From Fibrobacteria bacterium (GTDB lineage: Bacteria; Fibrobacterota; Chitinivibrionia; Chitinivibrionales; FEN-1185), in assembly GCA_037447435.1 (NCBI GenBank), contig JBBIGR010000013.1, positions 47,162 to 102,868 of the forward strand: 55,707 nt of DNA, in the 5' to 3' direction. The notes under the pieces are model-generated. The model ran no database searches. It was not told the DNA's origin and worked only from the letters and a program-made list of their open reading frames with translations. Shown here piece after piece: positions 47,681-55,707 of the stretch. Position numbers and translations under genes: made by a program. The stretch's first letter is position 1. Each line of letters starts with the position of its first letter.

Positions 47681-48829
47681 TCATTTATACAGCATGATTT
47701 TGCCTGCGTGCACGGCAGTATTTTGCGACATTGCCACAATCGAATAGGTTCCGCTTGCAAGCAATTTCCCATTAGTATCTTTCCCATCCCATTGCACTTT
47801 AACCGATTGGACGCTCCCGGGGTCGACCGAAAGCATACGGACCAGTTCGCCTTTCAGGTTGTAAATTGCAAGGAACGAAACGTGCGTTTGTGCGGGCCAG
47901 GTCAAATTCGTTATTGCGGTACCGGACAAGACCGACAGGTAAAACGTGCGTGTGTTTGTTGTCGAATGCGCAACCGGATGCGATACGGCAACCGGCCCAC
48001 GTTGATAAATGCGCACATAGTCTATATACATATATTGGGGAAATACCGCGTCGTCGGGATTTTGGTTGCCGGTATAGGGCGTATTGGTGCCGCCGACAGC
48101 GGTGTTGAGCTGCATGTAAAAATCCTGGTCGAACGGCGCATTGGGTGCGGTCGTCTTGCTCGCTCCCGAGGTGTACCATTCGGAGGCTTTTCTTGTTTCG
48201 TAGAGCGTATTGTCGATGTACCAGCGGATTTCGCCGGGCTCCCATTCGAAATCGAAAATATGGAATGCCGTGTCGTACGTTTGCTTATTCGGCAAAGCGT
48301 ACGACTGGCCGATGAATTTCCACGGATTGCCGAAATGTATGGTTCCGCCCACACTGTTGGTGTTGTCGCCGCGTTCTTCCATAATGTCCATTTCGCCGCA
48401 GGCGGGCCAACCGCCGTATTTCGATGAGGTCGGCATCATCCAGAATGCGGGCCATACGCATCGGCCTTTGGGAAGTTTTGCCCGTATCGATGCCCTGCAA
48501 TATGTCCAGTCGCCCTTGCGTTGCGAATATAATTTTGCAGAAGTATAGTTGCTGCCGTTATAGGATTCCTTCATTGTTTTAATCACAAGGTTTCCTGTTC
48601 CGTCGTGATAACAATTTGCCGTACGATTCGTATAATATTCGAGCTCGCCGTTACCGAAACCGCCGCCGCTGTTGACCATATTCCATTTTGAACCGTCACA
48701 AGCCGTGTTTGCCGCCCCGTTGCATTCGTCGGCCCATTTCAGATTCCAGGTGGAATCGGTTGGAGCGGCCTGTGAAAGTCGTATGAGCGCAACGACACAA
48801 AGGAGCACCGATGCTGTGATCCGTATCAT
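47681..48829 (-). CDS. GH16 beta-glucanase (laminarinase-like) with FlgD/T9SS-like C-terminal domain
   Basis: WPAFWM and GEMDIME (EXDXXE) motifs; C-terminal IYNLKGELVR..WDGKD.NG..LASGTY; AGGAG SD. Confidence 0.92.
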   Translation of the reverse strand: MIRITASVLLCVVALIRLSQAAPTDSTWNLKWADECNGAANTACDGSKWNMVNSGGGFGNGELEYYTNRTANCYHDGTGNLVIKTMKESYNGSNYTSAKLYSQRKGDWTYCRASIRAKLPKGRCVWPAFWMMPTSSKYGGWPACGEMDIMEERGDNTNSVGGTIHFGNPWKFIGQSYALPNKQTYDTAFHIFDFEWEPGEIRWYIDNTLYETRKASEWYTSGASKTTAPNAPFDQDFYMQLNTAVGGTNTPYTGNQNPDDAVFPQYMYIDYVRIYQRGPVAVSHPVAHSTTNTRTFYLSVLSGTAITNLTWPAQTHVSFLAIYNLKGELVRMLSVDPGSVQSVKVQWDGKDTNGKLLASGTYSIVAMSQNTAVHAGKIMLYK

Positions 48830-49073
48830 TTCCAACACTCCTTTTATAAAGGAAATTATCAATTTGTTTTGACGGTAATTCAAGCGCTTAACTTTTTGTG
48901 AAATACGACAACACGGGCGTTTTTTGCCATATTCAACGTTGCAACCCGATTAGGTAAAGTGTTTTTATAACGCTTTACCTACTGTACAATGTACCATCAA
49001 ATTTGAATAATTGTCAGGAATTTATGATGGGGAAAATCTTTTATGTATCCCTTAAGGATACATACGGAGAGAC

Positions 49074-49098
49074 GATGGCGCGCCTTGTGCGCGCCATC
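49074..49098. terminator. Perfect 10-bp GC hairpin after DAHP synthase
   Basis: GATGGCGCGC-CTTGT-GCGCGCCATC. Confidence 0.5.
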
Positions 49099-49117
49099 TG
49101 ATACCGCTAAAATGGAA

Positions 49118-50146
49118 TCAGGCTTGTTCGGCGAGCTGCAGAATGAGTTTTTTAGAATCGTCCCACCCGAGGCAGGGATCGGTAATTGACTTTCCGTAAA
49201 CGTTCTCGTCTGTTTTCTGGGTGCCTTCAGTGATAAAGCTTTCGATCATGAGTCCGCGCACTATCGTATGCAGTGTTGCCGAGTGTTTGCGGCTTTGCAT
49301 GATTTCCAGGGCGATGCGCGACTGTTCTTTGTAACGTTTATTGGAATTGGAGTGGTTGGTGTCTACCACGATTGCCGGATTGACAAGCCCGCGCTTTTGG
49401 TATTTTTCCGCGCACATGATGAGGTCTTCGTAATGGTAATTCGGAATGTTTTGCCCGTAATGATTGACTGCGCCGCGAAGCACCGCATGCGTATACGGAT
49501 TACCGCCCGTACTTACCTCGTATCCATTGTAAAGAAATACGTGGCCGACCTGTGCCGCTTGAATCGCGTTGAGCATGACTTCCATATCGCCGCTGGTGGG
49601 GTTTTTTGCTCCGACAGGAATGTCGAGCCCGCTTACCGTAAGCCGATGAGCCTGATTTTCGACCGACCGGGCGCCGATTGCGACATACGAAAGCAAATCC
49701 TCGAGATAGGGATAATTTTCCGGATACAGCATTTCGTCGGCAGCACTGAGTCCTGTTTCGCAGAGCGACCGGATATGCATGCCGCGAATTGCGCGGAGGC
49801 CTTCGACGATATTGGGTTCTTTTTGCGGATCGGGCTGATGCGCCATACCCTTGTAACCGACGCCGGTTGTTCTGGGTTTATTGGTATAAATGCGAGGTAC
49901 AAGCACGAGTTTGTCTTTGACCTGATCGTTAAGCTTTGATAGCCTTGTAATGTAATCGATAACCGCGGTTTCATCGTGTGCGGAACAAGGACCGATAATA
50001 AGAATGAATTTATCCGATTTTCCCGTAAGTGCGTTGATGACTTCGTTGTCCCGGGATTTTTTCACAGCTGCGCAGTTTGCCGGGATAGGCATGTCGGCAA
50101 GGATTTCCTGCACCGACGGGATCTTTTGCAATTGTTTGAAGCTCAT
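49118..50146 (-). CDS. aroG: 3-deoxy-7-phosphoheptulonate synthase, class I-alpha
   Basis: IGPCSAH, KPRTTG.GYKG, IGARSVE, KNPTSG, HSNS and SITDPCLGW motifs. Confidence 0.95.
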   Translation of the reverse strand: MSFKQLQKIPSVQEILADMPIPANCAAVKKSRDNEVINALTGKSDKFILIIGPCSAHDETAVIDYITRLSKLNDQVKDKLVLVPRIYTNKPRTTGVGYKGMAHQPDPQKEPNIVEGLRAIRGMHIRSLCETGLSAADEMLYPENYPYLEDLLSYVAIGARSVENQAHRLTVSGLDIPVGAKNPTSGDMEVMLNAIQAAQVGHVFLYNGYEVSTGGNPYTHAVLRGAVNHYGQNIPNYHYEDLIMCAEKYQKRGLVNPAIVVDTNHSNSNKRYKEQSRIALEIMQSRKHSATLHTIVRGLMIESFITEGTQKTDENVYGKSITDPCLGWDDSKKLILQLAEQA

Positions 50147-50462
50147 GAATTTTCCATAGTTAAGGTAGTAAATGATTTTCATTTTAAAATAACTTGCTTT
50201 GCCCGGCTAAAGGGAAGAAAATGCAAAGCAAAGAACCGTTGGCACACCTCATCCCTAATCCTTCTCCGCAAAAGAAACGGGGTGGGAACGCAAAAACTAA
50301 AACGTCTATGGCACGCGCCAATGGGTAAGAAAAAGTGAAGCAAAATAAATAAGTGTTCGATTCAATAGGTGTAGGCCTATAATGAGAAGGATCTAAGGAA
50401 TCGTAGGATGCGAAAGATTCAACCTTAACAGAAATCGAAGGATTAGAATTGAGAGGGATCAA

Positions 50463-51089
50463 ATGAGTAGTTTAAGCGTAAATTCCTCTTCGGGTCAGCC
50501 GCAAATTTGGGCTGGGGCAAATGGAACATCCGGATTGCAAGGTGCGGGTGGTGGCGGGCGTCATCATCATCACAAAAGTGTTTCGGATCAGATTAACCAA
50601 ATGGGCTCCGCGATCGACAATGCCGTCAAAGCGGGGAGTTTGACCAGCGATCAGGCAGCATCCTTGAAAAAGGAACTTGCCGATGTGACGCAAACCCTGA
50701 GCCAGAACGCGCAGGCGTCTTCTTCCGCGAGCGGTACTTCTGCGTTGTCGAGTTCTGCATCCCAAACAAGCCAGTCGAATTCGCTTTCGCAGTTGTCGGA
50801 TGCGGATAGAAAAAAGGTACTTGGAGAGTTGCAGGATGTTCGTAAGCAGCTTCACGCGACATTCAGTACCCAGGCAACAAACGCAAGCCAGGCGAGTTCG
50901 TCTAGCAGCGATGCAATGAGTAAATTATTCTCGCAAATGGATTCGAACGGTAATGGATCCATTGACCAGAATGAATTTTCACAATTCCTTGCTCAAAACA
51001 GTTCGAGCGCGTACGGATATAATCCGCAAGGAAATGCAAGTTCAGCGGCTTCGATCTTGACAGGGAGTAATTTTTCAATAACGGCGTAA
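50463..51089 (+). CDS. Ser-rich EF-hand protein, no signal peptide
   Basis: LFSQMDSNGNGSIDQNEF; GGGGRHHHHK; Ser/Ala/Gln-rich. Confidence 0.82.
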   Translation: MSSLSVNSSSGQPQIWAGANGTSGLQGAGGGGRHHHHKSVSDQINQMGSAIDNAVKAGSLTSDQAASLKKELADVTQTLSQNAQASSSASGTSALSSSASQTSQSNSLSQLSDADRKKVLGELQDVRKQLHATFSTQATNASQASSSSSDAMSKLFSQMDSNGNGSIDQNEFSQFLAQNSSSAYGYNPQGNASSAASILTGSNFSITA

Positions 51090-51129
51090 AGATTAGCCTA
51101 AAACTTGAAACCGCATTTCGTTGTTTGGT

Positions 51130-51170
51130 ATAAGCCACTTTAAAATGTATTAAAGCGGCTTATTTTTTTT
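51130..51170 (+). terminator. Intrinsic terminator
   Basis: ATAAGCCACTTTA...TAAAGCGGCTTAT followed by a T-run. Confidence 0.75.
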
Positions 51171-51350
51171 CGAATTCGAAAATAAGGAACGTGGCAAGAC
51201 TGTTCGATTGCATGATAAAGCTCCTGGGTGTTTGATGTATATTATCATTGCAAAACCCGTGAGTTTCCGATACTTTGTGAGTTTCCACGCTCCTTTCTAT
51301 CCCGACACAACGCGGCCAACCGACCTTTTAAATGTTTGTTCAAGGAGATT

Positions 51351-53099
51351 ATTATCCAGTTCAGTAATTTTTCACTGCATCCGCTCATTTTGAGTGCCGT
51401 TACGGAAGAGGGCTACGAAACACCGACACCGATTCAGCTCCAGGCTATCCCGCCTGTCATGAGAGGCAAAGATCTTTTGGGCATTGCTCAAACCGGAACA
51501 GGGAAAACCGCGGCATTTGCGCTTCCCATATTACATTTGCTTGCCCAGAAGCCCGATGGCCGCAGACCCGGAACCACGCGCGTGCTGGTTCTGGTTCCTA
51601 CTCGTGAACTTGCGGTTCAGGTGCGGGAAAGTTTCGACCGCTACGGTCGGAATTTAAAATTACATACGTACTGCGTGTTCGGCGGAGTGCCGGAAAAACC
51701 GCAGAAAGCCGCGATGGCCCGCGGACTCGACGTTTGCGTAGCCACACCGGGCCGATTGATTGACTTGATCGGTCAGAAAGCGCTGACACTTGATAAACTC
51801 GGGATTTTAGTGCTCGACGAAGCGGATCATATGCTGGACATGGGCTTTTTCCGCGACATTCAAAGGATTGTGGCATTGCTCCCCGTAAACCGGCAGAACC
51901 TGTTTTTTTCGGCAACAATGCCCTCGGATATCGCGAAATTGGCATCGGCGATTCTTCGATCCCCGATCCGGGTTGAGGTAACGCCGTCGGCAACGCCGAT
52001 AGAACTCATTACGCAGCACTTGTATTATGCGAATAGAAGAGAAAAGATTCTTCTATTAAAAGTATTGCTTAAAGATGAAGCAATTTCACGCGCGCTTGTT
52101 TTCATGAAAACCAAGCACAGCGCAAACAGGGTGTGTGATGAATTGACGGCGGCGAATATTTCCGCAGCGGCAATTCATGGGAACAAGTCGCAAAACCGGC
52201 GGCAGGAAGCATTGGCGGGATTTCAGCAGGGAAGCATACGGGTTTTAGTGGCGACCGATATTGCCGCCCGCGGCATCGATGTCGACAATGTGAGCCATGT
52301 GTTTAATTTCGATTTGCCGAATGTGCCGGAAACGTATGTGCACCGCATCGGGCGAACGGCACGTGCCGGTGCATCGGGCGTCGCGATCAGTTTTTGCTCG
52401 GTCGAAGAACGAAGTGACCTTGCGGCAATAGAACGGCTCATTCACCGCAGTATCCCCCGAAGCGATACGACCGCGGTTTTAAAAGAAGCGGGAATAACCG
52501 CTGCGGATTTTATTGACAAAGATGTTCATCACAGAGCACCGGTCCAACAAAAGCCGAAATTCGCATACGACAAACAATGGCGCGGCCATGCGAAGAAAGC
52601 GGAAGGATCGCGTCCAGCCTCACGACCTCACTTCGACCGGAAAAATTCCGAGCGACCGCCGCATGGTTCCCCCCATGCACGTCCAACCGGGGCAACAAAC
52701 AGACCGCACCCTCTTGACAACCAGCAGTCGGGCATGTCGGGAACCGGAGATACCCATTCTCCCGCAAGTACGTCTTCGTCAAGGCCACAATGGCAAAATC
52801 GTCCGCCTCGGCAAGACCGCAGAGATGGAGCCTTAATGACCGACAGGCCTCAAGGTGATCGGCAGCATCATTCCCGTTCTCCGGAAAATCAAGGCAGGCC
52901 GAGACGCTTCGGTAACCCACATCCAAGAGAACAACGATCCGAAGATTCCTCAAGGCCGCGCCAGCATCATTCGCATTCACCGGCAAATCATGGCAGATCG
53001 GGTCGGTTCGACAAATTGCCCGACGAAAGCCAAAGCACCAGACCCGCGCCTAAAAAGAAATATTTCATCAATAAGAGCGCGGGTTTCCATAGGGACTAA
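51351..53099 (+). CDS. rhlE: DEAD-box RNA helicase (RhlE-like) with long disordered C-tail; probable ATT/ATC start
   Basis: Q motif, AQTGTGKT, PTRELA, DEAD, SAT, ARGID and HRIGRTAR; AAGGAG SD at 51342-51347 followed by ATT ATT ATC. Confidence 0.93.
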   Translation: MIQFSNFSLHPLILSAVTEEGYETPTPIQLQAIPPVMRGKDLLGIAQTGTGKTAAFALPILHLLAQKPDGRRPGTTRVLVLVPTRELAVQVRESFDRYGRNLKLHTYCVFGGVPEKPQKAAMARGLDVCVATPGRLIDLIGQKALTLDKLGILVLDEADHMLDMGFFRDIQRIVALLPVNRQNLFFSATMPSDIAKLASAILRSPIRVEVTPSATPIELITQHLYYANRREKILLLKVLLKDEAISRALVFMKTKHSANRVCDELTAANISAAAIHGNKSQNRRQEALAGFQQGSIRVLVATDIAARGIDVDNVSHVFNFDLPNVPETYVHRIGRTARAGASGVAISFCSVEERSDLAAIERLIHRSIPRSDTTAVLKEAGITAADFIDKDVHHRAPVQQKPKFAYDKQWRGHAKKAEGSRPASRPHFDRKNSERPPHGSPHARPTGATNRPHPLDNQQSGMSGTGDTHSPASTSSSRPQWQNRPPRQDRRDGALMTDRPQGDRQHHSRSPENQGRPRRFGNPHPREQRSEDSSRPRQHHSHSPANHGRSGRFDKLPDESQSTRPAPKKKYFINKSAGFHRD

Positions 53100-53329
53100 T
53101 CTCTTTGGCCCGCATTTCTTTGGCTGCATGAACGCGTTCGGATTTGATAAGAATTGTCAAGATCCCTTAACCATCCGAACGCGTTGCTCTTGAACCTAAC
53201 TTATCGGATTTTTCCGTCTCCGGAAGATAAGCTTCCCCCATTCCTCTCGATTCTAAAAAAGTATGGCATAATAATTTCCACGATAATATTCTTATTGTTG
53301 ATCACATTTAATATTCAGGGAAAGGTGTT

Positions 53330-54562
53330 ATGATGAAGATAAAATTCCCGAAGCTGAAAATAAATTTTCAATATCAAATAGCGCTCGGATCGGCAGCATT
53401 TGCTTGTTTATTTATTCTGTTGCCGGGTTTCATACTCATTCCATCCAGCCAAAGAATACTCTTTTTATTGTTGGGGATACTCGGATTGGCGGGTGTGATC
53501 GGGATTCCCCTTATACTGTTAAGAAATTTGCTCACGATAAAAATTAAACGTCTCGAAGCGGCAATCCAGGCGCTTGAAGAAGGCAATTTACAAGCAAAAT
53601 ACGACCTCGTGGGAACAGACCCTATTTCTCTTATTGGCAATAAACTCAATCTCTTTTTAGAAAAACTGCTTGGAACAATAGGCGGTATTTCGTCGAGTAT
53701 GACCTCGGTTTCAAAATATACCGACCAGTTTATGGCGACGGCTTCGCAGATTAACGAAAATGCTTCCAATATGACCCAGCAATCCACCACTGTCGCAGCG
53801 GCGGCCGAAGAAGGTACTGCCAATGTCAATAATATAGCGGCTTCGGCGGAAGAAATGTCCACATCGGTCAATACCGTTGCGAGTGCTATTGAAGAAATCA
53901 GCAGTTCCCTTAATGAAGTTGCAAAAAATTGCCAAAATGAATCGCGAATTGCAATAGATGCTAATACACAAGCCAAAACAACACAGCAAACCGTTGGGCA
54001 ACTTATTACTGCGGCTAAGGAAATTGGAAAAGTAGTCGATCTAATAAAGAAAATCGCAGAACAAACAAATCTTCTGGCCCTCAATGCAACTATTGAAGCT
54101 GCCTCGGCAGGTGATGCCGGTAAGGGCTTTGCCGTTGTGGCAAACGAGGTTAAGGAGCTTTCAAAGCAAACGGCAATGGCGACGGAACAAATTGGATCTC
54201 ATGTGGAACTCATGCAAAACAGCACGAACAACGCTGTTGAAGCAATTAATTCGATTACAAAAATTATTGAAGACATTAATTCTATTTCGCAAACAATCGT
54301 GAGCGCCGTAGAAGAACAGACGACAACAATCAATGAAATTGCGAAAAGCGTGGGCGGGGCCTCTCAAGCCGCCCAGGAAATTGCGAAAAATGTTCAAGAA
54401 TCGGCGACCGGGCTCACATCAATATCATCAAGCATGCAATCGGTCAATCAATCTGCTACGGCAACCGGAAAAGATATCGAAGGTTTGCGAAAGGGCGTCA
54501 AGCAATTGGCACGTCTCATATTAAGCATGGAAAATATGGTAGGACAATTTAAGATACAATAA
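53330..54562 (+). CDS. Methyl-accepting chemotaxis protein lacking a periplasmic sensor
   Basis: Two adjacent TMs, [40 protein letters not shown]. Confidence 0.93.
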   Translation: MMKIKFPKLKINFQYQIALGSAAFACLFILLPGFILIPSSQRILFLLLGILGLAGVIGIPLILLRNLLTIKIKRLEAAIQALEEGNLQAKYDLVGTDPISLIGNKLNLFLEKLLGTIGGISSSMTSVSKYTDQFMATASQINENASNMTQQSTTVAAAAEEGTANVNNIAASAEEMSTSVNTVASAIEEISSSLNEVAKNCQNESRIAIDANTQAKTTQQTVGQLITAAKEIGKVVDLIKKIAEQTNLLALNATIEAASAGDAGKGFAVVANEVKELSKQTAMATEQIGSHVELMQNSTNNAVEAINSITKIIEDINSISQTIVSAVEEQTTTINEIAKSVGGASQAAQEIAKNVQESATGLTSISSSMQSVNQSATATGKDIEGLRKGVKQLARLILSMENMVGQFKIQ

Positions 54563-54615
54563 AATATGCAGGTACGAGATATTCCATTACCCAAACTTTT
54601 TTTTAAGGAGGCATT

Positions 54616-55101
54616 ATGCAGCAGGCATTGGCTCAATTAGCAACGGTTAAAAACGGCACATCAAAACAAATTCTGGATGTCGTAAATAATCAAACTACCA
54701 GGTTAACCCAAAGTCCTATAGGGTATTTGGCCGTTATGGACGATACGGAACAGGAATTGACCATGGTTGGCTGGTCTAATGCCGCAATGGCAAATTGTAA
54801 AATGATTGATAAACCAATCGTATATGCATTAAAGGATACAGGTATGTGGGGTGATGCGGTACGAGAACGCAAGGCTTGCATAACAAATGATTATAAAGGT
54901 CTAGTTAAGCCGACGAAAAAAGGGTACCCTGCCGGTCATGTCGACATTAAAAAACATTTGAATATTCCCGTTTTTGAGGGTGGAAAAATTGTTGCAGTTG
55001 CCGGTGTCGGGAATAAGGCCACGGATTATACGCAAGCGGATGTCAATGCGCTTACCCAGTTTATGAATGAAGCATGGAAAGTCATGAAGGAAAAAATATA
55101 A
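54616..55101 (+). CDS. Stand-alone GAF-domain protein
   Basis: LTQSPIGYL, TGMWGDAVR.RK..ITNDY, GYPAGH, L.IPV and GVGNK..DY motifs; AAGGAGG SD. Confidence 0.85.
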   Translation: MQQALAQLATVKNGTSKQILDVVNNQTTRLTQSPIGYLAVMDDTEQELTMVGWSNAAMANCKMIDKPIVYALKDTGMWGDAVRERKACITNDYKGLVKPTKKGYPAGHVDIKKHLNIPVFEGGKIVAVAGVGNKATDYTQADVNALTQFMNEAWKVMKEKI

Positions 55102-55158
55102 TCGATAAATTATAAAGGGCTTTAATTGTCTAAGATTTAGCATTCGGGATATTACAAT

Positions 55159-55542
55159 ATGCCAATAAATGCTCCTTATGTTTTTTTTTCCTGTGAAGGT
55201 ACTTGCGATACTGCTATATTGGCCGGACAAATAGCAAAATTCATGGCCGATAAAACGGGCGGAATAGCCATTATTCTGCCCGGTATAGGCGCCGAAGTTT
55301 CCACAGATATGATTGTGAAAATCCGGAGAGCAAAAAAAATTATAATTCTCAATGGTTGCCCCATGTGTTGTATTACCTCTTTTTTTGACAAAATTGCCAG
55401 CAAGCAGAAAATATTCGTGTTGACCATCACGGATTTTAATATCCAAAAAGGTCAAATTCGGCAAAGTGGAATCGACGTGGAGAAAATATCAGCGAAAATC
55501 TTTGGCAATGATAAGACTTTTGCCGAGTTTCAATTTCTTTGA
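55159..55542 (+). CDS. DGC-domain putative zinc-binding protein (divergent)
   Basis: FSCEG.C..A..A...A; IIILNGCPMCC (NGC for DGC). Confidence 0.7.
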   Translation: MPINAPYVFFSCEGTCDTAILAGQIAKFMADKTGGIAIILPGIGAEVSTDMIVKIRRAKKIIILNGCPMCCITSFFDKIASKQKIFVLTITDFNIQKGQIRQSGIDVEKISAKIFGNDKTFAEFQFL

Positions 55543-55596
55543 CCCCGTCTGGGCTATTTTGCATTTATACGCTCCTGTTTTCTTTCCCACCAACTT

Positions 55597-55707
55597 GGAA
55601 ATCGTCTTGCAAGGTCCGTTTTCGACTTCTCCGCGCCGGAAATCGTCTTGCGAGGTCCGTTTTCGACTTCTCCGCGCCGGAAATCGTCTTGCGAGGTCCG
55701 TTTTCGA
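55597..55707. repeat. 41-bp tandem repeat, 2.7 copies, running off the window end
   Basis: GGAAATCGTCTTGC(A/G)AGGTCCGTTTTCGACTTCTCCGCGCC starting at 55597, 55638 and 55679. Confidence 0.95.

Noticed and set aside
47666..48427. 253-aa plus-strand ORF
   Set aside because: Antisense shadow of GH16
49268..49939. 223-aa plus-strand ORF
   Set aside because: Antisense shadow of DAHP synthase
50250..50335. c-di-GMP-I riboswitch (GAAA...GGGAACGCAAAA resemblance)
   Set aside because: I could not build the P1/P2 stems, and the GGCAAA motif is missing; an Infernal search would settle it
51228..51350. TTG-initiated N-terminal extension of the helicase
   Set aside because: No SD and no helicase-like sequence; better explained as 5' UTR
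53264..53278. sigma54 promoter before the MCP (TGGCATAATAATTTC); also weak sites at 30223-30238 and 35737-35751
   Set aside because: The -12 GC is missing, or the -24 element is degenerate (AGG); not counted
53374..54084. 236-aa minus-strand ORF
   Set aside because: Antisense shadow of the MCP coiled coil
55597..55707. CRISPR array
   Set aside because: Units are contiguous with no unique spacers, and there are no cas genes in the window

Overview
This is a 55.7-kb bacterial chromosomal window with about 50 credible CDSs and no rRNA, tRNA, CRISPR array or intact mobile element that I can support. T9SS/FlgD-like C-terminal sorting domains, Bacteroidota-like outer-membrane genes, chemotaxis genes and sigma54/sigma28 promoters suggest a Fibrobacterota-like (FCB group) organism; this is inference only. 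(1) 1-17.2 kb is a lipid/carbon-storage/stress block: type III PKS, two methyltransferases, OM beta-barrel, GT9, LysE, DUF3047, Thivi_2564-type protein, truncated His-phosphatase, xfp, tal, phasin, AarF/UbiB, EEP, cls and a BamA-like OMP. Six correctly spaced sigma54 (-24/-12) promoters sit in its first 10 kb, with a candidate shared enhancer. (2) A sigma54-driven pair encodes an exported tail-collar protein and a YWTD propeller. (3) A DUF6765 operon is followed by an AT-rich decayed islet. (4) Next come TPR, TonB-receptor and EF-hand genes. (5) A Spy/CpxP-ECF sigma-ZAS anti-sigma-solo IS3-OrfA operon has an apparent CTG-initiated sigma factor. (6) A lactate permease is divergent from a translationally coupled radical-SAM/glycosyltransferase cluster. 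(7) A GH16-DUF6057-PD40 operon follows. (8) The right end holds DAHP synthase, a second EF-hand gene, a DEAD-box helicase with an apparent ATT/ATC start, an MCP-GAF-DGC operon and a terminal 41-bp tandem repeat. Family assignments come from recognising motifs by eye, not from database searches.
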